Part shown: in pieces, positions 9,658 through 20,819 of the stretch
How positions within the stretch are numbered: the stretch's first letter is position 1
Layout: each line of letters starts with the position of its first letter
Origin: Chitinophagaceae bacterium
GTDB lineage: Bacteria; Bacteroidota; Bacteroidia; Chitinophagales; Chitinophagaceae
NCBI GenBank assembly: GCA_947459455.1
Contig: CANHEC010000001.1
Coordinates: 1 to 40,634 of the forward strand
Length of the DNA stretch: 40,634 nucleotides
Direction: 5' to 3'
Made by a program: the position numbers and the translations under genes
Notes under the pieces: model-generated
The model's input: only the letters and a program-made list of their open reading frames with translations
What the model was told of the DNA's origin: nothing
The model's database searches: none

Positions 9658-9951
9658 ATGTTTAAAGATCTCGATCCCATATTGCACTCGCAGCTCCGGC
9701 TGGCCGTCATGTCGCTGCTCATCAGCGTACGGGAGGCGGAGTTTACTTTTTTGAAAGAAAAAACGAATGCAACGGCGGGCAACCTGAGCGTACAAATCAA
9801 CAAGCTGAAAGACGCCGGCTATATTCAGGTGAAGAAACAATTCAAAGACAACTATCCGCAAACCCTGTGCAGCATTACCGATACAGGCATTGCGGCCTTC
9901 GAAAAATACGTTCGAGACTTGCAGTCGTATTTACAAACCGGCGCAGCGTAG
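9658..9951 (+). CDS. Winged helix-turn-helix transcriptional regulator (MarR/ArsR-like)
   Basis: MFKDLDPILHSQLRLAVMSLL..FTFLKEKTNATAGNLSVQINKLKDAGYI. ATG is 5 nt after the upstream stop. Confidence 0.9.
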   Translation: MFKDLDPILHSQLRLAVMSLLISVREAEFTFLKEKTNATAGNLSVQINKLKDAGYIQVKKQFKDNYPQTLCSITDTGIAAFEKYVRDLQSYLQTGAA

Positions 9952-10923
9952 GCGCTTCAGCATATCGCGGCGGGTGCTGCCGCCAAAAATGCCATTATTG
10001 CTGGCAGAGCGGTTCAGGTTGATACCGATTTTGAAAGTAGCCGTCCAGAAGGCATCATTTTCCCGCGGATTGCCACGCGGCCGCGTATCGCGGGGTGGCG
10101 TATGTATCAGGCTGCGGTTGAATAGCTGGCGGGCCAGTGCAGCCTGCGAGGGCGTCAGGTACTGCGCAAACAAATTGGGGTCTACCCACTCGGCCTTCGA
10201 TACATCGTCGATGTAATCGGTAAAGGCGGTGCGCTTACTCAGTTCAAATCGAACAGTGAGTTTGGGCGATACATCGTATTTGAACCCGATGCCAATGGGA
10301 TAAGCAAATGAGTTGGTACGGTAGGGCTTGCGGTCAGGGTATTCCCGAAATCCCTGTCCTTCCAGCCGCAGTGGTGGCAGGTCTACCCAGCCATTGGCGG
10401 TATAGGCCCGCGGGTAAAATGAAAACCAGCTGATGCCGCCCAGCAGGTAGGGCGACAACCGGTAGGGTTCCCGATCGTAGCCGCGAAGTATTTGTGGAAT
10501 ATGCAGCTCACCCACGAGGCTGAGTTCGCGGATGGGGCTTCTGAAATTGAGATTGCGTTCGAAGCGGCCAATGGCACTGGGTGCGGTGGCATTCGTCAGC
10601 AAGCTGTCGTAGCCTTCTATACGCCCGATGTTGGCTTCCAGCCTGACGCCGATTTTGCTGTTCCAGTTGGCAATGACGTACAAACCGCCGGTGAGGCTGC
10701 TTTTGCGAAGCGTAACGCCGGCAAATGGCCCGTGGTAAATACGTGGGTTACCCTGAATATCAGTCACCCCGTTCATGATACCGCCGGTGATGCCGGCTTC
10801 GATCACGATGGGGGGCTCATAAATGCCATTGCTATAGAAAAAGTATCCCTGCCCATGCGAAACATGAATGCTTGCCAGCAGCAGCATGGCTAGTAAGTAG
10901 CGGAAATACGGGGCTTTGCTCAA
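9931..10923 (-). CDS. Outer-membrane beta-barrel protein (DUF6089/PorG-like)
   Basis: Signal peptide, RNLNFRS, LPPLRLEGQG, TDYIDDVS, RGNP..ND motifs. The 3' end overlaps the convergent regulator by 21 nt. Confidence 0.7.
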   Translation of the reverse strand: MSKAPYFRYLLAMLLLASIHVSHGQGYFFYSNGIYEPPIVIEAGITGGIMNGVTDIQGNPRIYHGPFAGVTLRKSSLTGGLYVIANWNSKIGVRLEANIGRIEGYDSLLTNATAPSAIGRFERNLNFRSPIRELSLVGELHIPQILRGYDREPYRLSPYLLGGISWFSFYPRAYTANGWVDLPPLRLEGQGFREYPDRKPYRTNSFAYPIGIGFKYDVSPKLTVRFELSKRTAFTDYIDDVSKAEWVDPNLFAQYLTPSQAALARQLFNRSLIHTPPRDTRPRGNPRENDAFWTATFKIGINLNRSASNNGIFGGSTRRDMLKRLRCAGL

Positions 10924-10980
10924 AACGCAATAAGTCGATTCTGGATGACGAAAATAAAGTAAAAATGGGGATATTGATGT

Positions 10981-11652
10981 TTAACTTTTGGTTTTGCCTG
11001 TTCTGGCGGCAGCTTTTTCCTGCCGCTTGTAGTGCAGGCACAAATAGGTGAGGCCGCATTTGTCGCACTGCGGCTTGCGGGCCAGGCAGGTATAGCGGCC
11101 ATGCAGTATCAGCCAATGGTGGGCTTTGTGAATGAGCTGGGCCGGCAGGTGTTTGACCAATTGTTTTTCGGCCGCCAGTGGCGTGGTAGCCCGGCGGGTC
11201 AGGCCCAGGCGGGCACTTACCCGAAACACGTGGGTGTCTACCGCCATGTTGGGCTGTTGGTCTATCACACTGGTCACCACATTGGCAGTTTTGCGGCCTA
11301 CCCCCGGCAATTGTACCAGTTCTTCTACCGTCATGGGCACTTCACCGCCAAACTTGTCCAACAGCAGTTGGGCCATGCCCAGCAGGTGTTTGGTCTTATT
11401 GTTGGGGTAGCTAATGCTTTGGATGTACGGGAACAAAGTATCGAAATCGGTAGCGGCCAGCGCCTGCGGCGTGGGAAAACGACGAAACAGCTCCGGCGTC
11501 ACCATGTTCACCCGCTTATCGGTGCACTGAGCCGACAGGATAACGGCCACCAGCAGCTCAAACGGATTGCCGTAGGTCAGCTCGGTTTCGGCCACCGGAT
11601 AGTGTGCTTCAAAATACCGCACCACCTGCTCATAACGCTCTTTCGTAGTCAT
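10981..11652 (-). CDS. nth: Endonuclease III
   Basis: LLVAVILSAQCTD, HhH LPGVGRKTANVV, AVDTHVFRV, and the 4Fe-4S motif CLARKPQCDKCGLTYLC. Confidence 0.96.
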   Translation of the reverse strand: MTTKERYEQVVRYFEAHYPVAETELTYGNPFELLVAVILSAQCTDKRVNMVTPELFRRFPTPQALAATDFDTLFPYIQSISYPNNKTKHLLGMAQLLLDKFGGEVPMTVEELVQLPGVGRKTANVVTSVIDQQPNMAVDTHVFRVSARLGLTRRATTPLAAEKQLVKHLPAQLIHKAHHWLILHGRYTCLARKPQCDKCGLTYLCLHYKRQEKAAARTGKTKS

Positions 11653-11721
11653 GCCTCTTTCACCTGGTATCAAAATACAGGCCAACCAGATGGCTGGCCG
11701 GGCGTAAAAATAGCAGTTGCC

Positions 11722-11958
11722 TCAGCTGAGTGCTGCCTTGCGAGCAGCCTCATCGGCGTATTCCAGCAATTTTTGGATGGTTTCGGGCCTTGGTGGCAGC
11801 ATCGATTGGTCGAGCCGGCGGGCCGCTTCGGTAATGACCCGGTATTTTTCCTGCAAGGGCCAGTTCGATTCCAGTGCAGCGGCTATGCGCTGCATGTCGG
11901 CCGGTGGCAGCTCCTGGTAGTGGTACAATAAGAGGTCTTCAGGGGTAAAATTGGCCAT
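11722..11958 (-). CDS. Small hypothetical protein resembling an anti-sigma N-terminal domain
   Basis: EDLLLYHYQEL...IAAALESNWPLQEKY...P.P.TIQKLLEYA pattern. Confidence 0.6.
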   Translation of the reverse strand: MANFTPEDLLLYHYQELPPADMQRIAAALESNWPLQEKYRVITEAARRLDQSMLPPRPETIQKLLEYADEAARKAALS

Positions 11959-12054
11959 GCAATCAATTTTCGGGTAAAAAAATAGGCCGATGGGTCATCG
12001 GTCTCAGCTTTACCCAAAACGAGGGGCTGGCAAAAATATTGCCTGCCTGCCGGG

Positions 12055-12378
12055 CTATTTGGCAGGCGCCGGTGCGGCGGCGCCATCAGGCAGCACGTAA
12101 ATGTCTTCGTTGGGGCGCTTCATGAAGTATTTCTCCCGGGCGTAGCGCTCCAGAGTGCCGGGGTCGTTTTGCAGCGCCTGCAGCTCTTGCTGGCTGGTGC
12201 TTATCTGCTGGCGGTAGTACTCTATTTTTTCATTCAGGGCGTCCAGCTCGGCAGCCCGCTGGCGCTGGGTGAAAAAGTCGTTCTTGTCGAAAAAGGCCAT
12301 CCACACCAAAAAGGCGGCCAAAGCCAGCACATAGCGGTTGAAAATGGCATTTTTTAAAAACAGGAACACACCTTTCAT
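12055..12378 (-). CDS. ftsB: Septum formation initiator FtsB/DivIC family
   Basis: Single TM, coiled coil, LERYAREKYFMKRPNEDIY, close to eno. Confidence 0.88.
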   Translation of the reverse strand: MKGVFLFLKNAIFNRYVLALAAFLVWMAFFDKNDFFTQRQRAAELDALNEKIEYYRQQISTSQQELQALQNDPGTLERYAREKYFMKRPNEDIYVLPDGAAAPAPAK

Positions 12379-12569
12379 GGGTGTAAAATTCAGACGAAAC
12401 GACATTCAAAACGTGAGGTCTCTGTCCACATTTGAACAGGATTGCCCGGTGGCTGCTTGCGCATGTCGAGCCAAGGGCCTACATTGGCCAACGCCCTCCC
12501 CTCAAGGTTTCGCCGGGCCAAATGGTCTGGCCTGCGGTTGTTTCGGCAGGAAGACAGCAAAACTTATCA

Positions 12570-13214
12570 ATGATGAAGCTCGTACCCTTGGTTTTTTTCA
12601 TGCTCGCTGCACTAAGTGGCATGTCTCAAAACGTAGGTATTGGCACCAGTACACCACATGCTGGTTCTATTCTCGACCTTGGCAACAGCCGGCCGCTGCT
12701 ATTACCCCGCCTCACTACCGAGCAAATGTCGGCGAATACTCCCTCTACGGTAGGTCAAATCATCTACAACACTACCGAGCACACGCTGTATGGATTTACC
12801 CGCTTTCGCAATGCGCTGATTCCCGGGCAGCCTACCAGCCGCTGGGAGCCCATTAGCTTTGGGCCCCGCATGCTGGCATACGGTGTGGTCGATAGTTTTG
12901 CGAACATCCTGAACGGCAGCGGCAACTTTTCAGTACTGTTCAACACCACCGACAACTGGTACGAGCTAAACCTGGTGACCCCGCATGAGTATTACAAAGA
13001 CAGTATGCTGCTGATCATTACGCCGGTGGGCAATGGTAGTTGGGATCAGAGTGTAGCAACTGGTGAAGTGATCACAGGCAGTTCCCGGGTAGCAACTATC
13101 AAGTTTATAGATGTGAGCCGCCAGATCGCTGACACGTTTGGCTCTGTCGGTATCCGCAGGCGCAGCTGGTTTCATTTTGTGCTGTACGATTTGCGAACGC
13201 GTCCTTATCCATAA
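12570..13214 (+). CDS. Exported hypothetical protein with a Bacteroidota VGIGT..P N-terminal module
   Basis: Signal peptide, then SQNVGIGTSTPHAGSILDL..LLLPRLTT..GQIIYNTT. Confidence 0.75.
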   Translation: MMKLVPLVFFMLAALSGMSQNVGIGTSTPHAGSILDLGNSRPLLLPRLTTEQMSANTPSTVGQIIYNTTEHTLYGFTRFRNALIPGQPTSRWEPISFGPRMLAYGVVDSFANILNGSGNFSVLFNTTDNWYELNLVTPHEYYKDSMLLIITPVGNGSWDQSVATGEVITGSSRVATIKFIDVSRQIADTFGSVGIRRRSWFHFVLYDLRTRPYP

Positions 13215-13217
13215 TAG

Positions 13218-13248
13218 AAAAGCGCAGCCGTTTGGGGCTGCGCTTTTT
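13218..13248. terminator. Bidirectional intrinsic terminator
   Basis: AAAAGCGCAGCC-GTTTGG-GGCTGCGCTTTTT between convergent genes. Confidence 0.85.
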
Positions 13249-13274
13249 GTATCGTACCAAAATGGTCGGCTGAT

Positions 13275-14579
<1,305 letters not shown>

Positions 14580-14687
14580 TTAAGTGAAAAATGATGATTT
14601 CGATTGCTTTGCTGCCTTTTCCGAAAAGGCTCACAAATTTCCGTGTTGGGCACTACAATGCCAACGGAAAAATGACATGCTTTTGTC

Positions 14688-15611
14688 TTATTTGCCTGCT
14701 TGTTCAATCTGCGTGGTAAGTTGGCGAAACAAATCTTCGAGCGAAGCGCCCTCTTGCAGCGAGGTTATGCGAACATTGGCTTCGGCGGCCATTTGCAGCA
14801 GTTGCTGGCTGGCAGCCTGGGTATCATCGGCCGTTACCTGCCAGCTCAGCCGGTCTATTTTTTCGGCCTGCGCTATAGCTGGCAGGCGTATCAGCCATTC
14901 GGCTTCCAATACATCGGAAAAGCTGACCCGCAAGCCCGGGCGCTGTTGCATTTGCTGCAGCTCGGCCAGGCTTTGGTTGGCTACTACCTGCCCTTTGTTG
15001 ATGATGACCACCTGCTGGCAAATGGCTTCCACCTCCTGCATGATGTGGGTGCTGAGCAATACGGTCTTCTCCTGGCTCAGCTGCCGTATCACCTGCCTGA
15101 TCTCCACAATCTGGTTGGGATCGAGGCCGCTGGTGGGTTCATCCAGTATGAGCACACTGGGCTGGTGAATGATGGCGGCGGCCAGGCCTACCCGTTGCTT
15201 GTAGCCTTTGGAAAGCTGGCCGGTTTTCTTGTGGGCCTCGGGGCCCAGGCCTACCAGCTCTATTGTTTCTTCGATGGCCTGGCGCAGGGGGCGCTGCTGG
15301 GGGTACAGGCTGGCGGTAAACTGCAGGTACTCCCGCACATACATATCGTAGTACAAGGCGTTGCTTTCGGGCAGGTAGCCTATCATGCGCTTGGTGCGCA
15401 GGGGCTCCCGGGTGGCCGATACGCCGTCTACCAGTACCTCGCCGCCATCGGGTTGCAGGTAGCCGGTGATCATTTTCATGGTGGTGCTTTTGCCGGCGCC
15501 ATTGGGCCCCAAAAAGCCGGTGATGCTGCCACGCGGCGCAGTAAACGATACATCGTTCACCGCTACCTGACTGCCATATTCCTTGCGCAGTTGCTGTACC
15601 TCTATCGACAT
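14688..15611 (-). CDS. gldA: Gliding motility-associated ABC transporter ATP-binding subunit
   Basis: GFLGPNGAGKSTTMK, QLSKGYKQRVGLA, LDEPTSGLDPNQ, STHIMQEVEAIC, C-terminal SLEDLFRQLT. gldF/gldG are not adjacent. Confidence 0.8.
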   Translation of the reverse strand: MSIEVQQLRKEYGSQVAVNDVSFTAPRGSITGFLGPNGAGKSTTMKMITGYLQPDGGEVLVDGVSATREPLRTKRMIGYLPESNALYYDMYVREYLQFTASLYPQQRPLRQAIEETIELVGLGPEAHKKTGQLSKGYKQRVGLAAAIIHQPSVLILDEPTSGLDPNQIVEIRQVIRQLSQEKTVLLSTHIMQEVEAICQQVVIINKGQVVANQSLAELQQMQQRPGLRVSFSDVLEAEWLIRLPAIAQAEKIDRLSWQVTADDTQAASQQLLQMAAEANVRITSLQEGASLEDLFRQLTTQIEQAGK

Positions 15612-15674
15612 GCCTGCAAGATAATGGCTGGCCGCTGTGCCGGCGGGCAAAGCATTTGCCAAAACTTGCCGGCT

Positions 15675-17582
15675 TTACACCAGCTCAATAAAGGCATTGC
15701 CCAACTGACGATCCCGCAGCCGGTCTTTTATTTCATCCAAAATGGCGGGATCATCAATGGTGGACGGGGTTTTAAACGGCACGCCGTCGGCCATTTGGCG
15801 CAGTGTTTTGCGCAAAATTTTGCCGCTGCGGGTCTTGGGCAGGCGCTTTACCACTCCCGCATTGCGGAAGTAAGCCACGGCGCCAATTTGCTCCCGTATC
15901 AGGTGCACCAGCTCGTCTTCCAAATCGGCTTCGTGAATGGTTTGCCCATCTTTGAGCACTACCAGGGCGATCGGGCGTTGGCCCCGCAGGTCGTCGGCAA
16001 TGCCAATGACAGCGCACTCGGCTACAGCCGGATGGCCAGCTACCATTTCCTCCATTTCGCCCGTGCTCAGACGGTGGCCCGCTACGTTTATCACATCATC
16101 TACCCGGCCCATGATGTAGAAATAGCCATCCTCGTCGTAGTAGCCGCCATCGCCGGTGAGGTAGTAGCCGGGCAGCTGGCTCAGGTAGCTTTGGCGATAG
16201 CCTTCGTCATTGTTCCAAAGCGTGGCAAGGGTACCCGGCGGTAGCGGCAGTTTCACCGCTACAAGGCCTTCTTCGTGCGGCTGGCAAGGGCTGCCATCGT
16301 CGTGCAGTATGGCTACTTCATAGCCGCAAACGGGCTTGCCGGCGCTGCCAGCCTTTACCGGCAGGGGCTCCACACCCATCATAATGCCTAGCATGGGCCA
16401 GCCACTTTCCGTTTGCCACCAGTGGTCTATTACCGGTATGTGCAGCATATGTTCCGCCCAGTGCAGCGTGGGCGGGTCGCATCGTTCGCCAGCCAAAAAC
16501 AGCCGTTCCAGGCAGGTCAGGTCGTAGCCTGCCAGCAATTCGCCGTCCGGGTCTTCTTTTTTGATGGCCCTGATGGCAGTAGGCGCCGTGAAAAGCGCTT
16601 TCACCCGATGCTCGCTGATGACCCGCCAAAAGGCGCCGGCATCCGGCGTTTTGATGGGTTTGCCCTCATACAGCACGGTAGTGCATCCTTTTAGCAGCGG
16701 GCCATATACCATGTAGCTGTGGCCTACCACCCAGCCCACATCGCTGGCTGCCCAAAACACATCGCCTGCCTGCATGCCGTATACCGCACTCATGCTAAAG
16801 TAAAGAGCCGTGGCATAGCCACCGGTATCACGTACTATTCCCTTGGGCCGGCCGGTGGTACCGCTGGTGTACAGCACATACAGCGGATGGGTAGCCGGTA
16901 CCGGTACCGGCGCAGCAGGCTCGGCATGCTGCAGCAAGTCGTTCCAGTCCAAATCGTGGTCGTGGTCTACGCTAACCTGCAGTTGCGGCCGTTGGTAAAC
17001 CACCACATGTGCCGGCTTGTACGCCGATTCACGAATGGCCTGGTCTACCAGCGGCTTGTAGGGGATTACTTTTTCAAACTCAATGCCGCAGCTGGCGGTC
17101 AGTATAGCTTTTGGTTGAATGTCTTCGATACGAATAGCCAGCTCGTGGGGGGCAAAGCCACCAAACACCACGGAGTGAATGATGCCGAGGCGGGCGCATG
17201 CCAGCATGCTGTACACGGCTTCGGGTATCATGGGCATGTATATCACTACGCTATCGCCTTTGGCGAGGCCCATACCAAGCAGTCCACCTGCCAGGCGGGC
17301 TACCTGCTGCTGCAGCTGGCTATACGTAATGACCATTTTTGAATGGGCGACCGGTGAGTCGTAAATGAGGGCTGCTTGCTGGCCACGGCCGGCAGCCACG
17401 TGCACGTCCACCGCCAGTTCGCACATGTTCAGTTCGCCATCGGCAAACCATTGGGTGAAGCCTTGATCATTTTGGCTGAGAATGTTGTCGGGAAAGCGTT
17501 TCCAGGCAAGCTGGCGTGCCTGCCCGGCCCAAAAAGCGGCCTTGTCGGCCATGCTGGCCGCATACAATGCTTGGTATCCCAT
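15675..17582 (-). CDS. prpE: Propionyl-CoA synthetase-like acyl-CoA ligase
   Basis: YTSGTTGRPKG, ASDVGWVVGHSY, LAGERCDP, DHWWQTE, PKTRSGKILR. The start may be at 17582 or 17618. Confidence 0.8.
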   Translation of the reverse strand: MGYQALYAASMADKAAFWAGQARQLAWKRFPDNILSQNDQGFTQWFADGELNMCELAVDVHVAAGRGQQAALIYDSPVAHSKMVITYSQLQQQVARLAGGLLGMGLAKGDSVVIYMPMIPEAVYSMLACARLGIIHSVVFGGFAPHELAIRIEDIQPKAILTASCGIEFEKVIPYKPLVDQAIRESAYKPAHVVVYQRPQLQVSVDHDHDLDWNDLLQHAEPAAPVPVPATHPLYVLYTSGTTGRPKGIVRDTGGYATALYFSMSAVYGMQAGDVFWAASDVGWVVGHSYMVYGPLLKGCTTVLYEGKPIKTPDAGAFWRVISEHRVKALFTAPTAIRAIKKEDPDGELLAGYDLTCLERLFLAGERCDPPTLHWAEHMLHIPVIDHWWQTESGWPMLGIMMGVEPLPVKAGSAGKPVCGYEVAILHDDGSPCQPHEEGLVAVKLPLPPGTLATLWNNDEGYRQSYLSQLPGYYLTGDGGYYDEDGYFYIMGRVDDVINVAGHRLSTGEMEEMVAGHPAVAECAVIGIADDLRGQRPIALVVLKDGQTIHEADLEDELVHLIREQIGAVAYFRNAGVVKRLPKTRSGKILRKTLRQMADGVPFKTPSTIDDPAILDEIKDRLRDRQLGNAFIELV

Positions 17583-17671
17583 GGCAAGTGTTTTAAGGAC
17601 TTGTAAGGTACCACCCAAATACAGCCTTTGCGCATAAACTATACCAAATAACCAAACTTGTAAAACAGGGA

Positions 17672-18052
17672 TCAGGCAGCGTCTACCAGCTCTTTGATTT
17701 GGCTGACCAGCTTGCGGGTGCTGAAGGGTTTGGTGATGTAAAGAGAGGCCCCCAGTTCAAGGCCTTTTCGGATATCGGCATCTCCGGATTTGGCCGATAG
17801 AAATACCACTTTGGTGGCGGCCAATGCGGCCTGCTGCCTGATGTGGGTGCATATTTCGTAGCCATCTACATCGGGCATCATAATATCGAGCAGCACTACA
17901 TCGGGCCGATGTTCATTGATCAGTTGTAGCGCCTCGGTGCCATTTCGGGCCACCAATACATCAAAGCCGCTTTTTTTCATCAAAAATTCAAGCGACATCA
18001 GAATATACGGATCGTCGTCTACTACCAATATGCGGGCTGTGCTGTTTGCCAT
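17672..18052 (-). CDS. Single-domain response regulator (receiver only)
   Basis: ILVVDDD, LLDIMMP (phospho-Asp), FLSAK, YITKPF. 126 aa with no output domain. Candidate own -7 element TACCTTTG at 18098-18091. Confidence 0.92.
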   Translation of the reverse strand: MANSTARILVVDDDPYILMSLEFLMKKSGFDVLVARNGTEALQLINEHRPDVVLLDIMMPDVDGYEICTHIRQQAALAATKVVFLSAKSGDADIRKGLELGASLYITKPFSTRKLVSQIKELVDAA

Positions 18053-18134
18053 GATGCGGTGTGGTGCCTCTCTATCTTCTACGCACCCCACAAAGGTAGG
18101 GACTGGGTCACTTTGCGCTGGCTTTACCACGTTG

Positions 18135-20819
18135 TCACGAGGCGGGTATGCTAAACACAAATGCCGCACCCTGGCCCTCATGGCTTTCTACTGCAATGTC
18201 GCCGCCATGCAGTTCAATTATTTTTTTGCAAATGGCAAGGCCCAGGCCACTGCCTTCGGGCTTTTTGAGGGTTTGGTGGCGGGCCTGAAAAAACTTGTCG
18301 AAGATGAAGGCTTGCTCGTCGGCCGGAACGCCGCGGCCATCATCTTTTACCCATACCTGCCACTCGCTTACGCCTGCTACCAGCTGCACTTCTATGTGCT
18401 GGCGGGCAAACTTGATGGCATTGCCCAGCAAATTGTACAATACCTGCAGTAGCAGATCGCGGTCGGCCTGCACCAACACCTGAGTATCGGCCATGCGCAG
18501 GTGAATGTTCAATTGCTTCTCGCCAGCCAGCGGGCGTAGCGCCTCTACCGCTTCAGTTAGCAGCTGGGCCAGGTTGGTAGCACTGAGATGTGGCCGGTAG
18601 CGCCCCGATTCAAACTTTTCGAGTGTCAGCACCTGTGTGATCAGGTGGCTGAGTCGTTCGGTTTCTTTGGTAATGGCCGACAGGTAGTGTTGGCGTTGTT
18701 CTTCGTCGAGATCGGGGTTATCGTGCAGTATTTCGCTGAGTGCCCGTACACTGGTCAGCGGCGTTCGTAGCTCGTGGGTGACGGTATATAAAAATTCATC
18801 CTTCAGTTGGTCGAGGGCCTGTAGCTGTGCATTGGCTGCTTCTAACTGTCGGGTAGCTTTGCTTAGTTCTGCCGATCGTTTGCGCAGTTCTTTATTGGTT
18901 TCAATAGTTTGCTGATTTTCTCGCAGGATGTTCAGCACTTCTTCCAGGTTGATCTCTTCTTCTTTGGCACTGCTGCCGATGAGTATGCGGGCTGATGCGG
19001 TACCGATAATACCACCCAGGATTCGCTCGGTAAATGCGACAAGTCGCCCATCGGCGGGCTGCTGCGGATGTATGGCGATGCCCTGCCGCTGTGCGTAGCC
19101 CTGCAGCAGGTTGCTGCTTCGGTCGGCGCCAATAAAAGTGCTCAGTAGCTGCTGCAGTTCTGCCACACTGCTCTTACCCTGCCAGGGTTGTACACCTTGC
19201 TGGGTGCGGCTGTGCTTAAATACATCTACAAATAGTTCGGCCTGGTATTGCTCCTGTGCGCTGGCTTTGCTGTGCATAGATACCGTGATATATAGTAGTA
19301 CGTTTGCCATCATGCTCCAGGTAAAAGCATGCGCAATGGGATCGAGGCCCGACAAGCCGAGCAAAGCGTAGGGGCGTAGCCACCCAAGGCCCCATGGCCC
19401 ATGCTGCACAAACGCCGCCTCGGGCCACATGCCCGGCAGTACCAGTGTGTAGCCCCATATCAGAAAGCCGATGATCATGCCGGTGATGGCGCCCTTTTTA
19501 TTGCCTTCTTTCCAAAACATGCCACCGAGTACCGCAGGTGCAAACTGCGCTACGGCACAAAACGAAATGAGCCCGATGGATACCAGTGAAAGGTGCTGCC
19601 CCACCGTTTTGCTGTACAGCAGTGCCATGGTGAGCACGAATGCAATAATGATGCGGCGGATGAGTAGAATACGGGGCTGAAAGGAAGGGTCTGCCTGCCG
19701 TTCGTGCTGTACTTTCTTTACCAGCAGCGGCAGTACCAGGTTGTTGCTGATCATGATGCTGAGGGCAATCGTTTCTACCACAATCATGCCGGTGGCAGCC
19801 GCAAAGCCACCCAGCCATGTAAGGGTGGCCAGTAGCGGTTGCCCTTGTTGTAGCGGGATGGCCAGTACGTAGTTGTCAGCATCTACCGGCTGCCCGGCAA
19901 AAAGCAAATGACCGCCAAACGCGATGGGCAGTACAAACAGGTTGATGAGGATGAGATAAGCCGGAAACATCCACGACGCTTTGCGGATGTGATTCTCATG
20001 CACATTTTCTACCACGCCTATCTGAAACTGCCTGGGCAGCAGCAGCAGGGCCAGACCCGACAAGATGGTAAGGCTTACCCACTCGTACATGCCGTGCTCG
20101 CCACCTATTGTAAACAAGGCGGTACTGTTTGGCTGCGCAGCCATTCGCTTAAAGATATCAGCAAAGCCATCGAACAGGAAATAGGTAGTGAATATGCCAA
20201 TAGCAAGAAAAGCGATGAGTTTGACGATTGATTCGAATGCAATCACACTGATGAGGCCTTCGTGCTTTTCGGCGGTATCTACACTGCGGGCGCCATATAG
20301 GATGGTAAAAACAGTGAGTACGATTGTTATGCCCACTGCTATGAGACTGCCATTTTGTAAATGGCCAGGGCCGGCATTGCCCGACAGTATTTCAAAGCTA
20401 CTGGTGATGCTTTTGAGCTGCAGCCCGATGTAGGGAATGAGACCTGCTACCGCAAACAAACTGACAATGACGGCGACCGAAAAGTTTTTGCCATAGCGGG
20501 TACTGATAAAATCGGCCAGCGAAGTAATTCGCATGGTACTGCTGATGCGCAGCATTTTGCGTAGCACCGGCCAAAATAATGCCGCCATGATGGTAGGGCC
20601 GATGTACACGGTAAGAAAACCGATGCCACCTGAGGCGGCGCGGCCCACGCTGCCGTAAAAGGTCCATGCAGTGCAGTATACTGCCATGCTGAGGGCATAC
20701 GCCCACCCGTTGTTGATGAGGCTGCGGTTTATCTGCTTTCTTTTTTCGGCCCAGGTAGCAATGAAGAAAAGCAGAAGCAGGTACAGCACACATACCACAA
20801 TTATGATCCAGCCGGTCAT
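18135..20819 (-). CDS. Sodium:solute symporter-fused sensor histidine kinase (CrbS/PrlS-like)
   Basis: SLC5-type TM region (VYCTAWTFYGSVGRA, ADFISTRYGK, PYIGLQLKS, LPRQF), STAC-like linker (IIGTASARIL), H-box THELRTPL, NLLGNAIKF, GSGLGL. ATG at 20819 overlaps the upstream TGA. Confidence 0.92.
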   Translation of the reverse strand: MTGWIIIVVCVLYLLLLFFIATWAEKRKQINRSLINNGWAYALSMAVYCTAWTFYGSVGRAASGGIGFLTVYIGPTIMAALFWPVLRKMLRISSTMRITSLADFISTRYGKNFSVAVIVSLFAVAGLIPYIGLQLKSITSSFEILSGNAGPGHLQNGSLIAVGITIVLTVFTILYGARSVDTAEKHEGLISVIAFESIVKLIAFLAIGIFTTYFLFDGFADIFKRMAAQPNSTALFTIGGEHGMYEWVSLTILSGLALLLLPRQFQIGVVENVHENHIRKASWMFPAYLILINLFVLPIAFGGHLLFAGQPVDADNYVLAIPLQQGQPLLATLTWLGGFAAATGMIVVETIALSIMISNNLVLPLLVKKVQHERQADPSFQPRILLIRRIIIAFVLTMALLYSKTVGQHLSLVSIGLISFCAVAQFAPAVLGGMFWKEGNKKGAITGMIIGFLIWGYTLVLPGMWPEAAFVQHGPWGLGWLRPYALLGLSGLDPIAHAFTWSMMANVLLYITVSMHSKASAQEQYQAELFVDVFKHSRTQQGVQPWQGKSSVAELQQLLSTFIGADRSSNLLQGYAQRQGIAIHPQQPADGRLVAFTERILGGIIGTASARILIGSSAKEEEINLEEVLNILRENQQTIETNKELRKRSAELSKATRQLEAANAQLQALDQLKDEFLYTVTHELRTPLTSVRALSEILHDNPDLDEEQRQHYLSAITKETERLSHLITQVLTLEKFESGRYRPHLSATNLAQLLTEAVEALRPLAGEKQLNIHLRMADTQVLVQADRDLLLQVLYNLLGNAIKFARQHIEVQLVAGVSEWQVWVKDDGRGVPADEQAFIFDKFFQARHQTLKKPEGSGLGLAICKKIIELHGGDIAVESHEGQGAAFVFSIPAS

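Noticed and set aside
14700-16244. 514-aa plus-strand ORF, and similar long antisense ORFs at 5683-6975, 11032-11931, 13461-14573, 25383-26312, 29619-30650 and 35656-36666
   Set aside because: They lie opposite well-supported genes, have no recognisable motifs, and are expected from codon bias.
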